NCBI RefSeq assembly: GCF_018350175.1
Contig: NC_058384.1
Coordinates: 34,410,001-34,474,000, forward strand
Reading direction: 5' to 3'
Origin: Felis catus
Lineage: Eukaryota
Length of the DNA: 64,000 nt
Positions 49,480 to 62,100 of this stretch are shown here, piece after piece. Below the pieces are notes generated by a model. That model was not told the origin of the DNA. It saw only the letters and a program-made list of their open reading frames with translations, and did no database searches. The position numbers and the translations under genes are program-made. Each line of letters starts with the position of its first letter. The stretch's first letter is position 1.

Positions 49480-50020
49480 GTACCGATTTGCCCCTTCCCC
49501 AGCCTCTCTGACCTTATTTCTTACTGATTTGCCCTCTTGGGCGCCCACTCACTCCCCTCTAGCCCAAATGGTCTGCTTACCAGATCTCCCACTTAGATCT
49601 TTGTCCTGATTATTTTTTTCTGACCCAACCAATATTTTCCTGGAAATCTCCTTGGCTCACTCCCTTGCTACATCAAGTCATTGCACAAACACCACCTTGA
49701 AAAGAAACTTCCCCTTTCCCTAAGTTCCCTAATGCAAACTTTATCTACCCGCATCCGGTCCCCACCTCCACACTCTACCCCGACCCCCTTTCCCCTGCAC
49801 TGTCTTGTCTTCTCCCACAACACTGGTCGTTTTATAATCTACTGCATACTTTAGTTGTTTATTATGTTTATTGTTTACTTTCCTTTCTCTTCATACCCTG
49901 CTGGAATGTTAACTTAAGACAGCTGGGATTTCTGAGTTCCTTCGTCATCGATGTATCCCAAATGTCTAGGATGATGTCTTCCGCATAATAGATGCTCAAG
50001 AAATGTGGGCTGAATTGCTG
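49480..50020 (+). mobile_element. LINE L2 3' fragment
   Basis: ttggctcactccct; ctggaatgttaac; gatgtatcccaaatgtctagg...tagatgctcaagaaat. Confidence 0.75.
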
Positions 50021-51089
50021 CTGAGTGGAAGCACGTACTGTTAGTGGAGAGACGTCAAATACTCTCTAGGACTAGATCGACCTCCTCCTGCATTCCAGGT
50101 AGCCGGGTCTACGCCTCAGGTGCAGTGGCTCCAAAGGAGAGCAAGCCCCCGGTGCTTCCTGTGCGCCTTAGAGCCTGAATCCCTTGCCCCCCTCGTATCT
50201 ATTTTCCTTTGTCTATTTCACACTCTGCAGCCAAACTTGAAATGAATCTTCCCACCTCTTAACCTTCTGATGCATTTTCCATTGGAGGCTTCAGGTACCA
50301 TAACGCCTCAATCCGCTTCTCTACTTGCCTGCAATTCAGACTTTTGGCCCCACTCTGTGGCTCTGGTCTCCTGGGGTTGCGCGCCGCCTGGTTCTGCTCG
50401 GATGCTGGACTCCTCTGGCCGGCAACAGCCCCCCGCCGGCACCCTTGTCGGCTCAGAAGGTACACCGGGACCCCAAGCAACAACACTCCCGGATGTGTCT
50501 TCGTTCCCTGTGACCAGGCAAACCTGAACACATTTAAGTCAGTAGCAGCGAGCTCCCAGCTTCATCAGGAAACACGTTTAATAAGGAGTATGACGCACAA
50601 CTACGCCTCTTCGTGTCCTGAATGTCAGAACGAGCCTGGAATTTGTACATCAATATGACAAGCACAAAACATGTAAAAACCTCAAGCCACAATGATGACA
50701 AACCATCCCCAGATTGGACATGTGTTTTACAGAAAATGTCTCCTGGTCTAACTCCATCTGACAGCAAAAATCAAATGATACTTTAGATTTCAGCAGCCCC
50801 TCAATCTCCAAGCGGGGCAACCATTTGTAAACCGTCAACGGCCACACTGCCAACTTTATAGCATGGAAACTCTGAGCGCCCCGGACCGAGGCGAGGCTGA
50901 TGCGTTTACGTGGAACACGCCACAGGCCCGTTACGTCTGTGACACTTCAGCATCCCCATTAATCACAAACCCCTCCCAGCGGAACTCGCCATTCCCCACT
51001 CAGCAGGACCCGCCTGCCTTAAACTTAAACCGGTTTTGCTCTTTGCCCTCCCTTCCCGCGATACAAAAATGATGCCTACCATGCACATC

Positions 51090-51290
51090 TCACTTTATAG
51101 GTTCCAGAGTACGTTTACACCCTTACCTTAATTTTACCCCCACGTCAGCACTGTAGAGTGGGTATTATGGTCCACGTGCTGGCAAAGCAGTAGCTGAAGT
51201 TCTGAAGCTATAAGGAACCGGTACAAGGCTCACAGCTGGGACGCGGGGAGTTCCGTTCGAACCCAGGCCCTCGACGACGCAACCAGGGCT
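51090..51290 (-). mobile_element. MIR fragment
   Basis: caaggctcacagctgg...ttcgaacccagg. Confidence 0.55.
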
Positions 51291-52316
51291 CAGCCTTCCC
51301 ACCTCGGCTGCCTGACTTGGTCACTCAGCACTCAGTGCTTTCCAGCTCCCCAGTTACTGCTTCTGCAGATAGACTCTTCTCCAAGCTACCAACATGCTTT
51401 TCTTCATCCTAACTGCGCACCACGCTGCCCCATTTTCGGACATGCAACGCATTTATTTTGGTTCTGACTCCAAACAAATGTTCCAAGTTCCGTCTCCCTC
51501 CCTCCTCTGCGCTCCGGATCCACACCTTGACTATTGCCCTTACTCTACAGCTCCACGGTTAGCTGTCGGCGCCTTTCTCTCCCCCTAAGTTCTCCTCCAG
51601 GACGGGAGTTGCATCTCATGCCGTCCTATTACCCCAGATTTTAGCACCGTGCCTAATACAAAAATTCTCAGTGAAGGCATGTAATTTTTGAGATGTTGAA
51701 TGAATGGTAATTGTGCCCAAGAGATGAGGGGGCGTCCTTCAGAGCCCACATTCACGCCCCACCTCCTGGCACACTTGTGCTATATCACAGCCCCACAGAC
51801 CCCTCCAGAGCCCGTGAGGAAGAGACATGCTGTGTAATCACAGCCCACTTCAGCACTGAAAGTCCCAGGGACCCTCAGGACTGCTGTTCCAAGAGTCTTT
51901 GGGGAAACTCGACTCAGAGATGAGTTGATAGGGACAGAGACACAGGAATGGAAGGGAAAAGATCTACCAAGAGAACAGAGGGGGTGGGGGGTTCCAGGAG
52001 GAGCTTCAGCTATGCCTCCAGTCTTTACCTTGATGTGGCAGGTCCCAAGAAGTCTCTGTTTGTGATAAGAGTGACCAGACTTTGGGGCCTCTAGGAGGAA
52101 AGCAACAGCTAAGCTGAGAAAAAGCTTATGCTTAAATCTAGAATTGTTTGAACAAGCAAAACCCCAGGATCCCTGAAAAGTGGACCAGTTAGAGTTGGTC
52201 CTAACTCCAGAAAGCCTTGTTCCAAATTCTTCGTCCAATTGGGGTCTCTGTCCCATGTGTACACACATGTGCCTAGAACCATCTCCTAGAACCAAACTCA
52301 AAGATCTATCACAAAA

Positions 52317-52541
52317 GGGGCACCTGGGTGACTCAGTCGGTTGGATGTCCATCTGACTCTTGATTTCTGCTCAGGTCATGATCTCAGGGTCATGGGAGCG
52401 AACTTTGTGTCAGGCTCTGCACTGAGTATGGAGTCTACTTAAGATTCTCTCTCTCTCTGTCTCTCTCTCTCCCTCTCCATTTGCCCCTTTCCCCTGTGTG
52501 TGCTCTCTCTCTCTCTCTCAAATTAAAAAAAGAAAAAAAAA
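52317..52541 (+). mobile_element. Older Can-SINE (first of tandem pair)
   Basis: ggggcacctgggtgactcagtcgg head, CT tract and A tail. Confidence 0.93.
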
Positions 52542-52551
52542 GATTTGTTTT

Positions 52552-52656
52552 GGGGTGCCTGGGTAGCTCAGTCAGTTAAGCATCCAATTCTTGAATTCAG
52601 TTCATGTTCTCATGGTTGTGAGATCTGGCCCTGCACTGGGTGTGGATCCTTAATAG

Positions 52657-52693
<37 letters not shown>

Positions 52694-52698
52694 AAAAT
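52552..52698 (+). mobile_element. Older, internally deleted Can-SINE (second of pair)
   Basis: ggggtgcctgggtagctcagtcag head, (CT)n and A tail; atctatcaca at 52304-52313 and 52705-52714 flanks both elements. Confidence 0.9.
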
Positions 52699-52759
52699 AT
52701 ATATATCTATCACATTGACATGAAATGGAACTTTCTCGGTTCTCTGTACAAATCAGTTA

Positions 52760-53010
52760 AATTCAACTCATTCAACTAATGTGTTAGGGCCTCCTGTGTG
52801 TCCAGCAACATATGTCCTGTGTGTTCAGGACATACAACCTACGTAGACATGGCTCCTGCCCTGACAGGGCTCTCAGTCAAATAAAACCATATAAAACCAT
52901 AAAAAAAAAAAAAATTAGAGAAGCTATAACAAGTAATAGAAATGCTGTGGGATTAAGGGAAGGGAGAAATTAATTCCACCCAAAGAGAATGAGAGTTAAG
53001 CTGGGCCTGG
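52760..53010 (-). mobile_element. LINE L2 3' fragment
   Basis: ctcattcaactaatgtgttagggcctcctgtgtg; agacatggctcctgccctgacagggctctcagtc. Confidence 0.7.
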
Positions 53011-55840
53011 AAGGATGGCATGGGGGGTGGTTACTTAGGGGTTCAATGCAGAACCCCCGTCCCTCTCATGGGCAGGGGGTTCTCATGAAGTCCATTCCAG
53101 AAAGGAACTCAAACAGGACCATGGTCTCCCAAGAACAGTCAAAGTCAGCCAGAAAGCCAAAAAGCAAAGACCATGGGTTCAGGGTCCAACCCACTTTGGA
53201 ACTGGGGAAGAGGCTGGTCCACTAAAGCACGCTAACTCACGCGGAAGGGGTGAGGACTCGAGATAGTAAACGCAAGGATGACCACGACAGGCATAGAACA
53301 GAACCCGGGTTAAATCACTCGGTAGCACCTTGTTAATTTTTCTTACCGTCTCAGACTCCTTCGTATTTGCTCCCGCACCAGCCCTGCTCCCAGTCTTGGT
53401 ATCAGGGATATAAGCACAGGAACTTCAATAGGAAATCATGGAGGGCGGAAGATTCTAAGAGAATAGGAGCATTCTGGACAGCTTGGGGGATGGAGAACAC
53501 TTTCACGCTGCTCCCCAGGGAGCAAGTTAGTGAGCATGATGGGAAACCGTGTTGCCAGGGTATGTGGGAATCAGAGCCTCCGGGGCCATGAACGCCAAGC
53601 CAAGGAGTTTTAAGTGGAAGATGCCTGCAAAGTGGACCATTGAAGGTTTCTGAGGAATGAACTGACCCAGGCCTGTGTCTGCTGGCTTTCCTAAGACCTG
53701 TGTCCTTACCTCAGGAAATAACCACTTGCCCAGACAATGGTGTTAATTCTATCCCTAAAAGATGGAGACGGCCTTTGCCGCCTCTGTGGTCTACGCTCCG
53801 TGTGGGTGCCTGGAACCTGGTCTTTGTACAGGTATCTCTCGGCCTTCAATGCCAAGTACTCAACTAGACATTGAACACTGACCGGTGAGCCCCGGGTGTG
53901 CACTGATGGGACTGTGTGAGGCCTCGGTGAGGGACCAACAGGCCTGTCTGTGCAGACCCTCCTGCCAACAGTATCCAGGTCCCCAGATGGCTCAGGCCAA
54001 GCAAATCTGGTACATCTCCTCTCATGTGTGGCACGTATTTTCCATCTTTGCTGAAAGTCCCCCCAAGAAGAAAGTGTCGCTTCTTCAGTCAGGTGCAGTG
54101 ATTTTCGTTAAAAATTGATGGTATGAACCAAACCACGGGGAAGAGTTCCGCTCCGCCAAACCTTTTCCTTCGTCCAGCCCAAATCGTAACATAGGTTACC
54201 TAGTGGGGGGTTATGAGCAACCCATCCTTGGCAAGGAAGGGCGCTCCAGGAAAAGCAAGCAAAACCCTAATCATTAGAGGCCAGAATGGAGAGTGGTGCG
54301 GTCAGTCTTGCTTTTTTGAAGAAAGAAGAAGTGAAACTGATACTACGTTGCCAGTTGCTTTGAAATTGTCCAGCCGGAAACCTTAGGATTGGGAGGCTTG
54401 GGCGGAGCTCCGGAGGAACCGGTGAGGTAAACAGAAGGCTGGTTTCTGGGTTATCAGGGACTAGGGGGTGTTTCCACGGCAAAATAAATTATCCGGTAGG
54501 TGCAGGGAACATATTTGTTAAAAACATAAAAAGGGGACGTATGGTTTGACAAAGCATGCGTGTACTTTTCGAAAATATAAGGGGGAAAAGGCATGCAAAA
54601 TTGGAGCTGTTCCCGAAAAATCTTTACATTTGGTCACCTGCACGCAGCGCCCTTACTGAAGAGGGATACGGTACGTGGAATCCAGGAGAAGCCAATGGAC
54701 ACAAATCACTAATTGCAAGTGTGGCCAACCTACGGTCTACGTGCGGGAAGAATTCATCAGCACTGCTGGGCTGGGCCTCTCCGTGACTCTCAGCAGCTAA
54801 GCTAGTCGCCCAGAGGTCTCGGCCTCCTGCAAGCAAGCTAAGGAGCCTTCATTTCTGCACGTCAGGACGTAACAAAACTCCGGCCAGTGTAGCCTTTGGT
54901 GAGCAGGCTCAAAGGCTAATCAAGTTAAAGGGAAATTACACACTGTCTTCCAAGAGAGCTCACCCTGAGGGATTTATCCATCTCTGGTTTTCTGAGCAGT
55001 TTAGACCAGGATAAAGTAACAGCTTTCCCTACTGCCTAAAAGTTGCTTTATTCTCATCCGCAAGGTGCATAGATGGCCTTGCTGGCCCCCCTGCACGTAT
55101 ACACACACCTTCATCACAATGTCTTATCCCTTCCCCTGTCCCCTCCACACACGGATGTTAAGAGCAGGCTCCATTTGGTTGTAGCTCCTGGGAAGGATGC
55201 AAAATGTAGCCAAATTTGCATAGTATGCCAGACAAAGCCCTCCGGCCCCTGAAACTTCACACCTGTCTCCTGCCAGTATCCGAAATGCCATCTGCTTCTC
55301 TGGGAAAGCCAGACACAAGGCCCCCTCTTTATGCCTTTGGTAGATGATGAGAAAATCTGGCATGGGGAGCCTTAATTGCTCAAAAATAACTCCATGGTAC
55401 GTAACATACAGTTACATGAAGATCTGAAGAAAAAAGCCTTGGCAGCCTTTTTACAAACATTCAGGATAATGGTTGGGGCATGCAAAAGGGAAACTATTTA
55501 AGGACCCAACCTAGGCCCGAATTCTTTCCACTGCCAAGAACTCTCCAAGTGAGGAGTTTCGCGTGTGGCAGGAAAGTCCCACAACAAAAGGATTATGAGG
55601 CACGGAGGCAGGATCGTGTGTTTCCATCTCAGGCCACTCTGGGTTTGAGATGCTCTCCGCAAGACACAGCAACGTAAAGTGAATGTCACTCACGAATGCT
55701 ACTTTCAAAGTACAGTCCTACCCCCAGTTAGGAGAGCAGGCCAGAGGGAAATCGCAGCCGCGTGAAACAGGAGGATTTGAAAGAAGCAGGCGGGTTTTCG
55801 GCCTGGTTCAAGCACGGGACTGGCGCGAGGCAGGACCATA

Positions 55841-56040
55841 CAGGTTTGCATCCGTGGCACTACGGACGTTTGGGGCTGGAAAATTCTTTGTCGTGGGGGC
55901 TCTCCTGTGGATTGTAGGATGCTGCGCGGCATCCCCTGGCCTCTGGCCACGGCGTGCCCGTAACACCCCCTCCCCCGGGGAGACAACCAGCAATGTCAAA
56001 GGACCCCCGGGGAGCAAACTCACCTCTTTCCAGAACTATT
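55841..56040 (-). mobile_element. MER20 hAT-Charlie DNA transposon
   Basis: aattctttgtcgtgggggctctcctgtggattgtaggatg...gcatcccctggcctct matches reverse MER20. Confidence 0.88.
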
Positions 56041-58936
56041 CAACCAGAGGATCTCTTGGTTGGGGTATGTGGGTACCAGAGAGGGTTCGGATAGCATAGC
56101 ACTTATCACAGGGAATGATGCTTGCTTGATGACCAGTCTGTCTCCCGGCTGATTGTAGTTTTCTGAGGACGGGGACCTTTTCCATCGGAGCTCTGCTGTT
56201 TCTCCAGCCCATAGTCTGGAGTGTTGAAGTGTTATGTTATATCTTCAGAAAACTAATAAAATAAATGACTAAATAAATGGAACCTCTTGTCTAAAGAACA
56301 CAGAGATAAGATAAATCATTTTGAGTCCTGGGAAAATTATCTCCACCATCCTGCCCTGGTTTCTCCGTTCAGCCAGAAAACACTTTAATTTATCTTGTGA
56401 AATTTTTCATTCGCTAGACGAACATTAAGTATTTCTTTCCTCTTTTTTTTTTTTTTAAATATTCTTTTCTCTACAAAGGTGGGTTGGCTCTCAACTCATT
56501 GGAATAAAAGCTCCATTAGCCTCAGTGCACGTAAGTCTTGTGAACTTGGCCTGGATTCAGGGCCGGCAGAAGGATAAAGAAACCTGACACTCATTCTTCA
56601 CGTAATTAGAGTTGGTAAAATAAACTGTGTGCATTTCATTAAAGGAATGGATCCATCAGGCCCAAGACAGGGCGGGAATCTCATGCTCACAGCATCAGTC
56701 TTTTGTTTCAAATTAACCCCTAGCTGATAAAAAAAATTTCCCGTGGAGTCATTGGGGAACATGCCTGTCCCCTTCCCCGTGTGTAATTTAGTCTCCGAGC
56801 CCACATAATTTCTCAGCTGGCTTAAACCCAGCAAACGCTACAATTATCCTCTTACCCATGACACATGTTCTCTGACTCCCCCCGAGGTCACAGACGGGAT
56901 GCTTCCCTCCCGCGATAGCATGATGGCATCTACAAACCCACCCTTTGCGAAGAAGGCATTGCTTCTCCATGCTTGCCAGTAACCAGGATGAGGTTGCCCC
57001 GAGAAACCCGCGTTTTTGACCCGTCTTGCGACAAGTAGCAACGCGAAGAAGACGACTGATTAGAAAGCAATAGAATAATGGGTGCTTATGAAATCAATTC
57101 TCTTTGAAAAGTAAGCAGCCCCTTCCTCAATTCCGACTGTGGTTCTTAGTTATGCTAGCACCCTCTTCTATAAACCTGATCTAACCAAACGCAGCCCAGC
57201 TTTCAAAAAGCCAAGAAGATCTTTGAAACTCCAACCAGATGCCGCAGTCATAGCGAGGGATGGTCTTCCTCTCTGTCATAGCTCTCTCTCTCTCTCCTGC
57301 CCTCACTGTGGCTAACCTAAAATCACGATCCATCTTCCCTGATGGTCCTCTGCCCCCTCCTCACCTAGTAAATGCTCCTTTTTTTCATCTTTGATCTATA
57401 AAACAGAGAGGAAGGTAGGTGGGGAAATAAGGCAGGTGTCGGTGACAGACAAGTGAGCTCTCTACTAACCATGGAAGAACATCCCAAGCAAGAAGCAAGA
57501 AGAGGAGCCATAAGCAGAGAACAGGGCTGTCAGGAAGGGAAGACAGTCCTTGAAGTAGACAGGCTGAGGAATGGAAAGAGGTGTTGCCTTGTCTGGAGAT
57601 ACTAGCGGGCAGCCCGGCAGTTTTCCTGACCAAGTACGGGCAGAGCTCTGAGGGACCGGCACTGTGCAGTGACGCCCGATCATGGCAGAGACGAGGAAAA
57701 CGGCCAAGGCTACAGCATCAGCCAATGAGAGGGCTTCCCTGATCGCACAGGCTGTGAAACCTGGCCTTCACCATTTCTGGACGTCTTTACGCTGAGGAGA
57801 GACAGCCCTCTATCCAGGAGAAACAATACTGAGCTAGCCTGGATGAATTCTAGGAGCGTCCGTAACTCTGAAAAACTATGGAACTCTAGGAAGTATACCC
57901 AGGGCAGAACGTAGCTCCAGAGCAGGTTTGGGGTGGGGGACCACGGCACTAGCAGGAACCTGGCTCTGTCCAGGGGCTCAGCTGTTCAACCCAGCCTGGG
58001 TGTCGTCTGGTTTAGACATGTTCTGAGTGGCTGATGTATTCCCTCATGGTCCTGGTGGGTATATTTTGTGTGTTTTCACTTTCCGTTATCTCACTAATAG
58101 AGGAGTGTGTGTGTACGTGCGCGTATCCGTTCGCTTGGCCATTTGTGTCACGAGGAGGCTTCCAGAGACGTTTCTCTGGGCATGGAAGCTTCAGCAGACT
58201 CAGGGAGCGGACAGAGACGGGTTTAGGGGCTGGGAGGGGGTCTGTTCGTGCCTGTGCCTTCCCTTCTCCGTGAACTCAGCTATTTGGCATCCATGACGTC
58301 TCTCCCATTAAGCTCACTGGAGGGTTTGGGGGCAGCCCCTCTTCCCTGCTGTTCTTTGTACGCTGTCCTCCCTCTCTCCCTCCTCACCCCCTTCTATTTT
58401 CTACTCCCCTTCTCCCCTCTGGTTTCTTCAATTTCAATGAGTTTATTGGCATGACGAATGTTGCCAAAGCCAATAGCACTGAGTCTCAGTGTCTAGGGAT
58501 GGATTTCACAGTGGGAAGGGGGTGAGCGGGGCCTCGGACCACATTCCCACTGTGGGTTTCTGCTTCAGTCTGAGATGGTGGCAGGCTGCCAGGGACCTTG
58601 TTCACTTGGGTTTCCAGTCCCAGCTGAACTCACCAGCCTTGTCTCCAGACACAGAGAAAGTTCTTATTATGGCAGAGGTCATGTCTGGAGCCTCAGTCCT
58701 GGGAGGTATGGGGGTTTCAAGCTTATGTTTTCAAGAAACAGTTTAATAAACAAGTCCCACACTGTCCTGTACAAACAGCGCTGTTAAAACTCCAGCCTCC
58801 CAGTGACACTGCTGGGGCCAAGGTGACAAAGACCAGCAGGGCTCAGGCCGGGCGTTTATAGGAGATTGAAAACGGTCCTCGACCGTCTTCTGAATAAGCG
58901 AGAGTGTTACCTTTTTTCATAACCACCCCCACTCCC

Positions 58937-58939
<3 letters not shown>

Positions 58940-58980
<41 letters not shown>

Positions 58981-58998
58981 TACACACACACACACACA
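58940..58998. repeat. Interrupted (AC)n microsatellite, 59 bp
   Basis: Direct. Confidence 0.97.
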
Positions 58999-59150
58999 AG
59001 TAGAACAAATTGGAGAACTGGAGATAGGCAGGAAAAAATAGATATTGTTACAGCTAGAGCCTCAAACATCCATTTCAAGTGAGTTCCAGCTAAGGAAGTC
59101 TCCTTCCTAATGAACGAGTCTTATGAGGCCTTATCAAGCTCCTATTTTGC

Positions 59151-59184
<34 letters not shown>
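59151..59184. repeat. (CT)n microsatellite
   Basis: Direct. Confidence 0.95.
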
Positions 59185-62100
59185 TGTCCGTCAGCCGACG
59201 GAAATTTCTATTTGCAATGAAAATCAACTCTGGAAAACGTCACAGCAAGGGACTTTTTTTTCCTGGCTGCCCCAAGATTGATCTGGTCCATAGGATGCCC
59301 CAGATCATTGCATTCGGTAATTTCATTCTGCTTACGATCTATTTCTTATACAATCAATATGATAAATGCGATGGAGAGCAAAGTGGGTTACGCCAACGCT
59401 GGTGAAGGGGAGAGGGGAGCGCTGGGCTGGCACGCTGTGTGTCTCATGAAGCAGAAAAGCAATTCAGTCAGACTAAAGGCTACAGACGAGGCGGTATATT
59501 CTCCGTGATAAATGCAAATGATGTGACTACATTTCCCCCCAGCACAAATGGGGAGGAGGGCGGGGGAGGGGAGAAAAGCCCCGCTGTCTGGGAGCCCAGC
59601 ATCCCCCTAGGAACCCACGCGCAGTCTGCACGTGGCAAGCGTATCGGGTGGGGGAGAAGGCGGCACTGGGAAAGAAGAATTCAAGTTTGCTTAAATAATC
59701 AGGGCTAATGGCCAGCCATTCCTGACCCAGCCAGGCCTCTGGGCACTGCCGGTTTTAAAGCACCAAACAACAGAATCAGGCATCCAGCGAGCGGAGAGCC
59801 ACGGGGAAATGTCGCACAGGGCACTGAACCATGAGAACACCATCATCTTCTCTGAGCATCAGAGTTCCCTTGGCTACAGGTCTTGTTAGGTAACGATCAG
59901 TTTCATTGCCTGCGTGGGGATTTTGCGCCGACGTCTTCTGTTTTCCCACGTGAGCCGCCGTGTCCGGATGTCCTCAGACAAGCCGTTGAATTCCCTGCAC
60001 CGAAGTTTCGTCACGTGACACAGGGGAGCAATCATAGCGCTGTTGCTCTTGGGGAGTGTCTTTGCGAAGGTGGAGTGAAATTATGTAGTTATGTCATGTG
60101 CCCACCGTGTGCGGTATTGGCTGTGGGGTCACCGCGAAGCCTCTCGAGTGAGAAAGAGAGGTGATTGCCCTCAGCAAGTTTAGAGACCAATGGGGAAGTG
60201 GCCAAATGCATGAAGAAAAAAAAAAGAAGAAGAAGCAAGACAGGCTCATACAGAATACGGAGTCCTCGACCAGGAGGTGCGCACTCTGAATTGTAACCAG
60301 GGCTCTATCAGTTTCTCGTTTCACGATTGCACAAGTCCCTTCCCCACGCTGGGCCTCAGTTTCCCCAAAGGAACGTGAGACAGCTGGGACAGTCTTAGAG
60401 ATTTCTAAGGCCACCCGGCTCTGACATTTTACGATGCAGTGACAAATGGAGCCCCAAAGTGGGTGCAGGTGTGCAAGAGTGATGCAAGCTCCGGAAGGAA
60501 GGGAAACAGGGCTAGATTTTTGAACAGAGAAGGGCAGGTTTTCCAGAATGGAATGGCAGGGACATTCCAAATGTGGAAATCAACTTCACTAAGTCCTCAG
60601 TGTGGAGGAGAGCGAGTCCCGGTCAAGCGGACGGTTGGAGAAGCTGGAACCTAGAGAAGAAGAGTAAAGAGAAAGGTAGAGGTATGGACGGTGCCCTTGG
60701 CCTCTGAGCTTGTGTCTGAGGGGAGGGAGACGGGGAGGAGGGAGTGGACAGTGCTGCGGGGATGGGTGGGCTCCTCACACTGGAGTGGAGAAGAACGTGC
60801 CCCGTGGCCCTCTCAGCCTCCCATCTGTATCAGAAGGACCTCAGCCTTACGCATCTGTCCTAGGAAGAGTGCTTTGTCACAACAAGGCTCTTTTTTGTGT
60901 GCTGTTTCCAGGAAATGAAATTGGAAGTTGCCCAACCCTGCCAGTGTTTGATCCCTAACAGACACATTCTCTCTGTGCTGCAGAAAGCCCGAGGCAGGCT
61001 GGGGAAGGTAAGTGAGGGAGGGAGGGCTGTGGATGCAGCTGCCATGATGATATGGAGTCCAGCAACTTGGCATTGGTGATTCTCTGCCCTCCCACACCTC
61101 CTTCCACGTGAAAGGCTGGTCTCGGGCGAGGGGCCAGCAGAAGGCCCCTTCCATTTTCTCATCTAGGTGGCAGAGGCTGTGAGGGGACCTTCACTTGGAG
61201 ATGTTGATTAAGCGGCCACTGCCCCAAGGGAAGAGTGGAGAACTGTGATCCAACTGGTAACCAAGCCATTCATGGCCCGTGTCAAAGTGGTCGGGACAAC
61301 TCACCCAAATGTCTCCATTTGCAAAGGGACCAGGAGAATTGTATTCTAATAGGTATGCATCTATCAAAGGTGTATCTTAGATTTTACTCAAGATCACCAT
61401 TCATTTGTTCATGTGGCATATTTTCACCTACTGGGAAAAGCAGGAAGGAGCTGCACCCCTTCTCTGTAACTGAGATGGTTGAGGCCCGGCCAGGGTCAAA
61501 TAGATGCTAATGCGAAGACCCACAGGGCTAGACCAGTGTGGGAGTTCGGTGACATTTTGGAAGAGATGGGGGCCTGGGTGGGAAGAGGGCCACCCAAGGG
61601 CACATGTTGAGCCACACGCAGCTGTTTGCAAATTAAGAAAAGAAAATAAAACTCTAAAACGTGGGAATGACTGATTTTAGTCAACGCTTCCTCATTTCAT
61701 CCCTATCCAAATACCTCAGCAAATGTCACATCCAGAAAGGAGCGCAGAGTGGTGTCAAGGATCAAAAGGCAAGGTGGACCCTCTTTGACCTGCATGAAGT
61801 GAGTTGTCTAGACCAACGGCATCAGCTTCCTTATCAGGGACTGGGGATCATCAGCCAAGCCCCGCAAAGAAGTTACGGGCTTGCCATCCAAAAAGAGCCA
61901 TCTATCGTTCTTCCCCACCCTTCCCCCCTTCTGAGTTCATTTTCTGTTGACTTGACTTAAGCTTCTTCGGGCTCTTGGCCTTAGAGAGATGTTTGACCTG
62001 CTCTGCCAGCAACCCTGGCTGTGCCTCTTTTGTTGGTAATGAGTCCAATTCACACGAGGATCCGGAGCTCGGTTCTGAGGCATTCGGGCAAGTCCCGGGC

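Noticed and set aside
51780-52352. 190 aa ORF (minus strand)
   Set aside because: Starts inside a SINE head; no recognisable protein similarity.
58446-58467. NFI palindrome TTGGC...GCCAA
   Set aside because: Spacer is 12 nt rather than the required 5.
61160-61173. CTCF-like catctaggtggcag
   Set aside because: Two mismatches in the 5' core; a single weak match is expected by chance.
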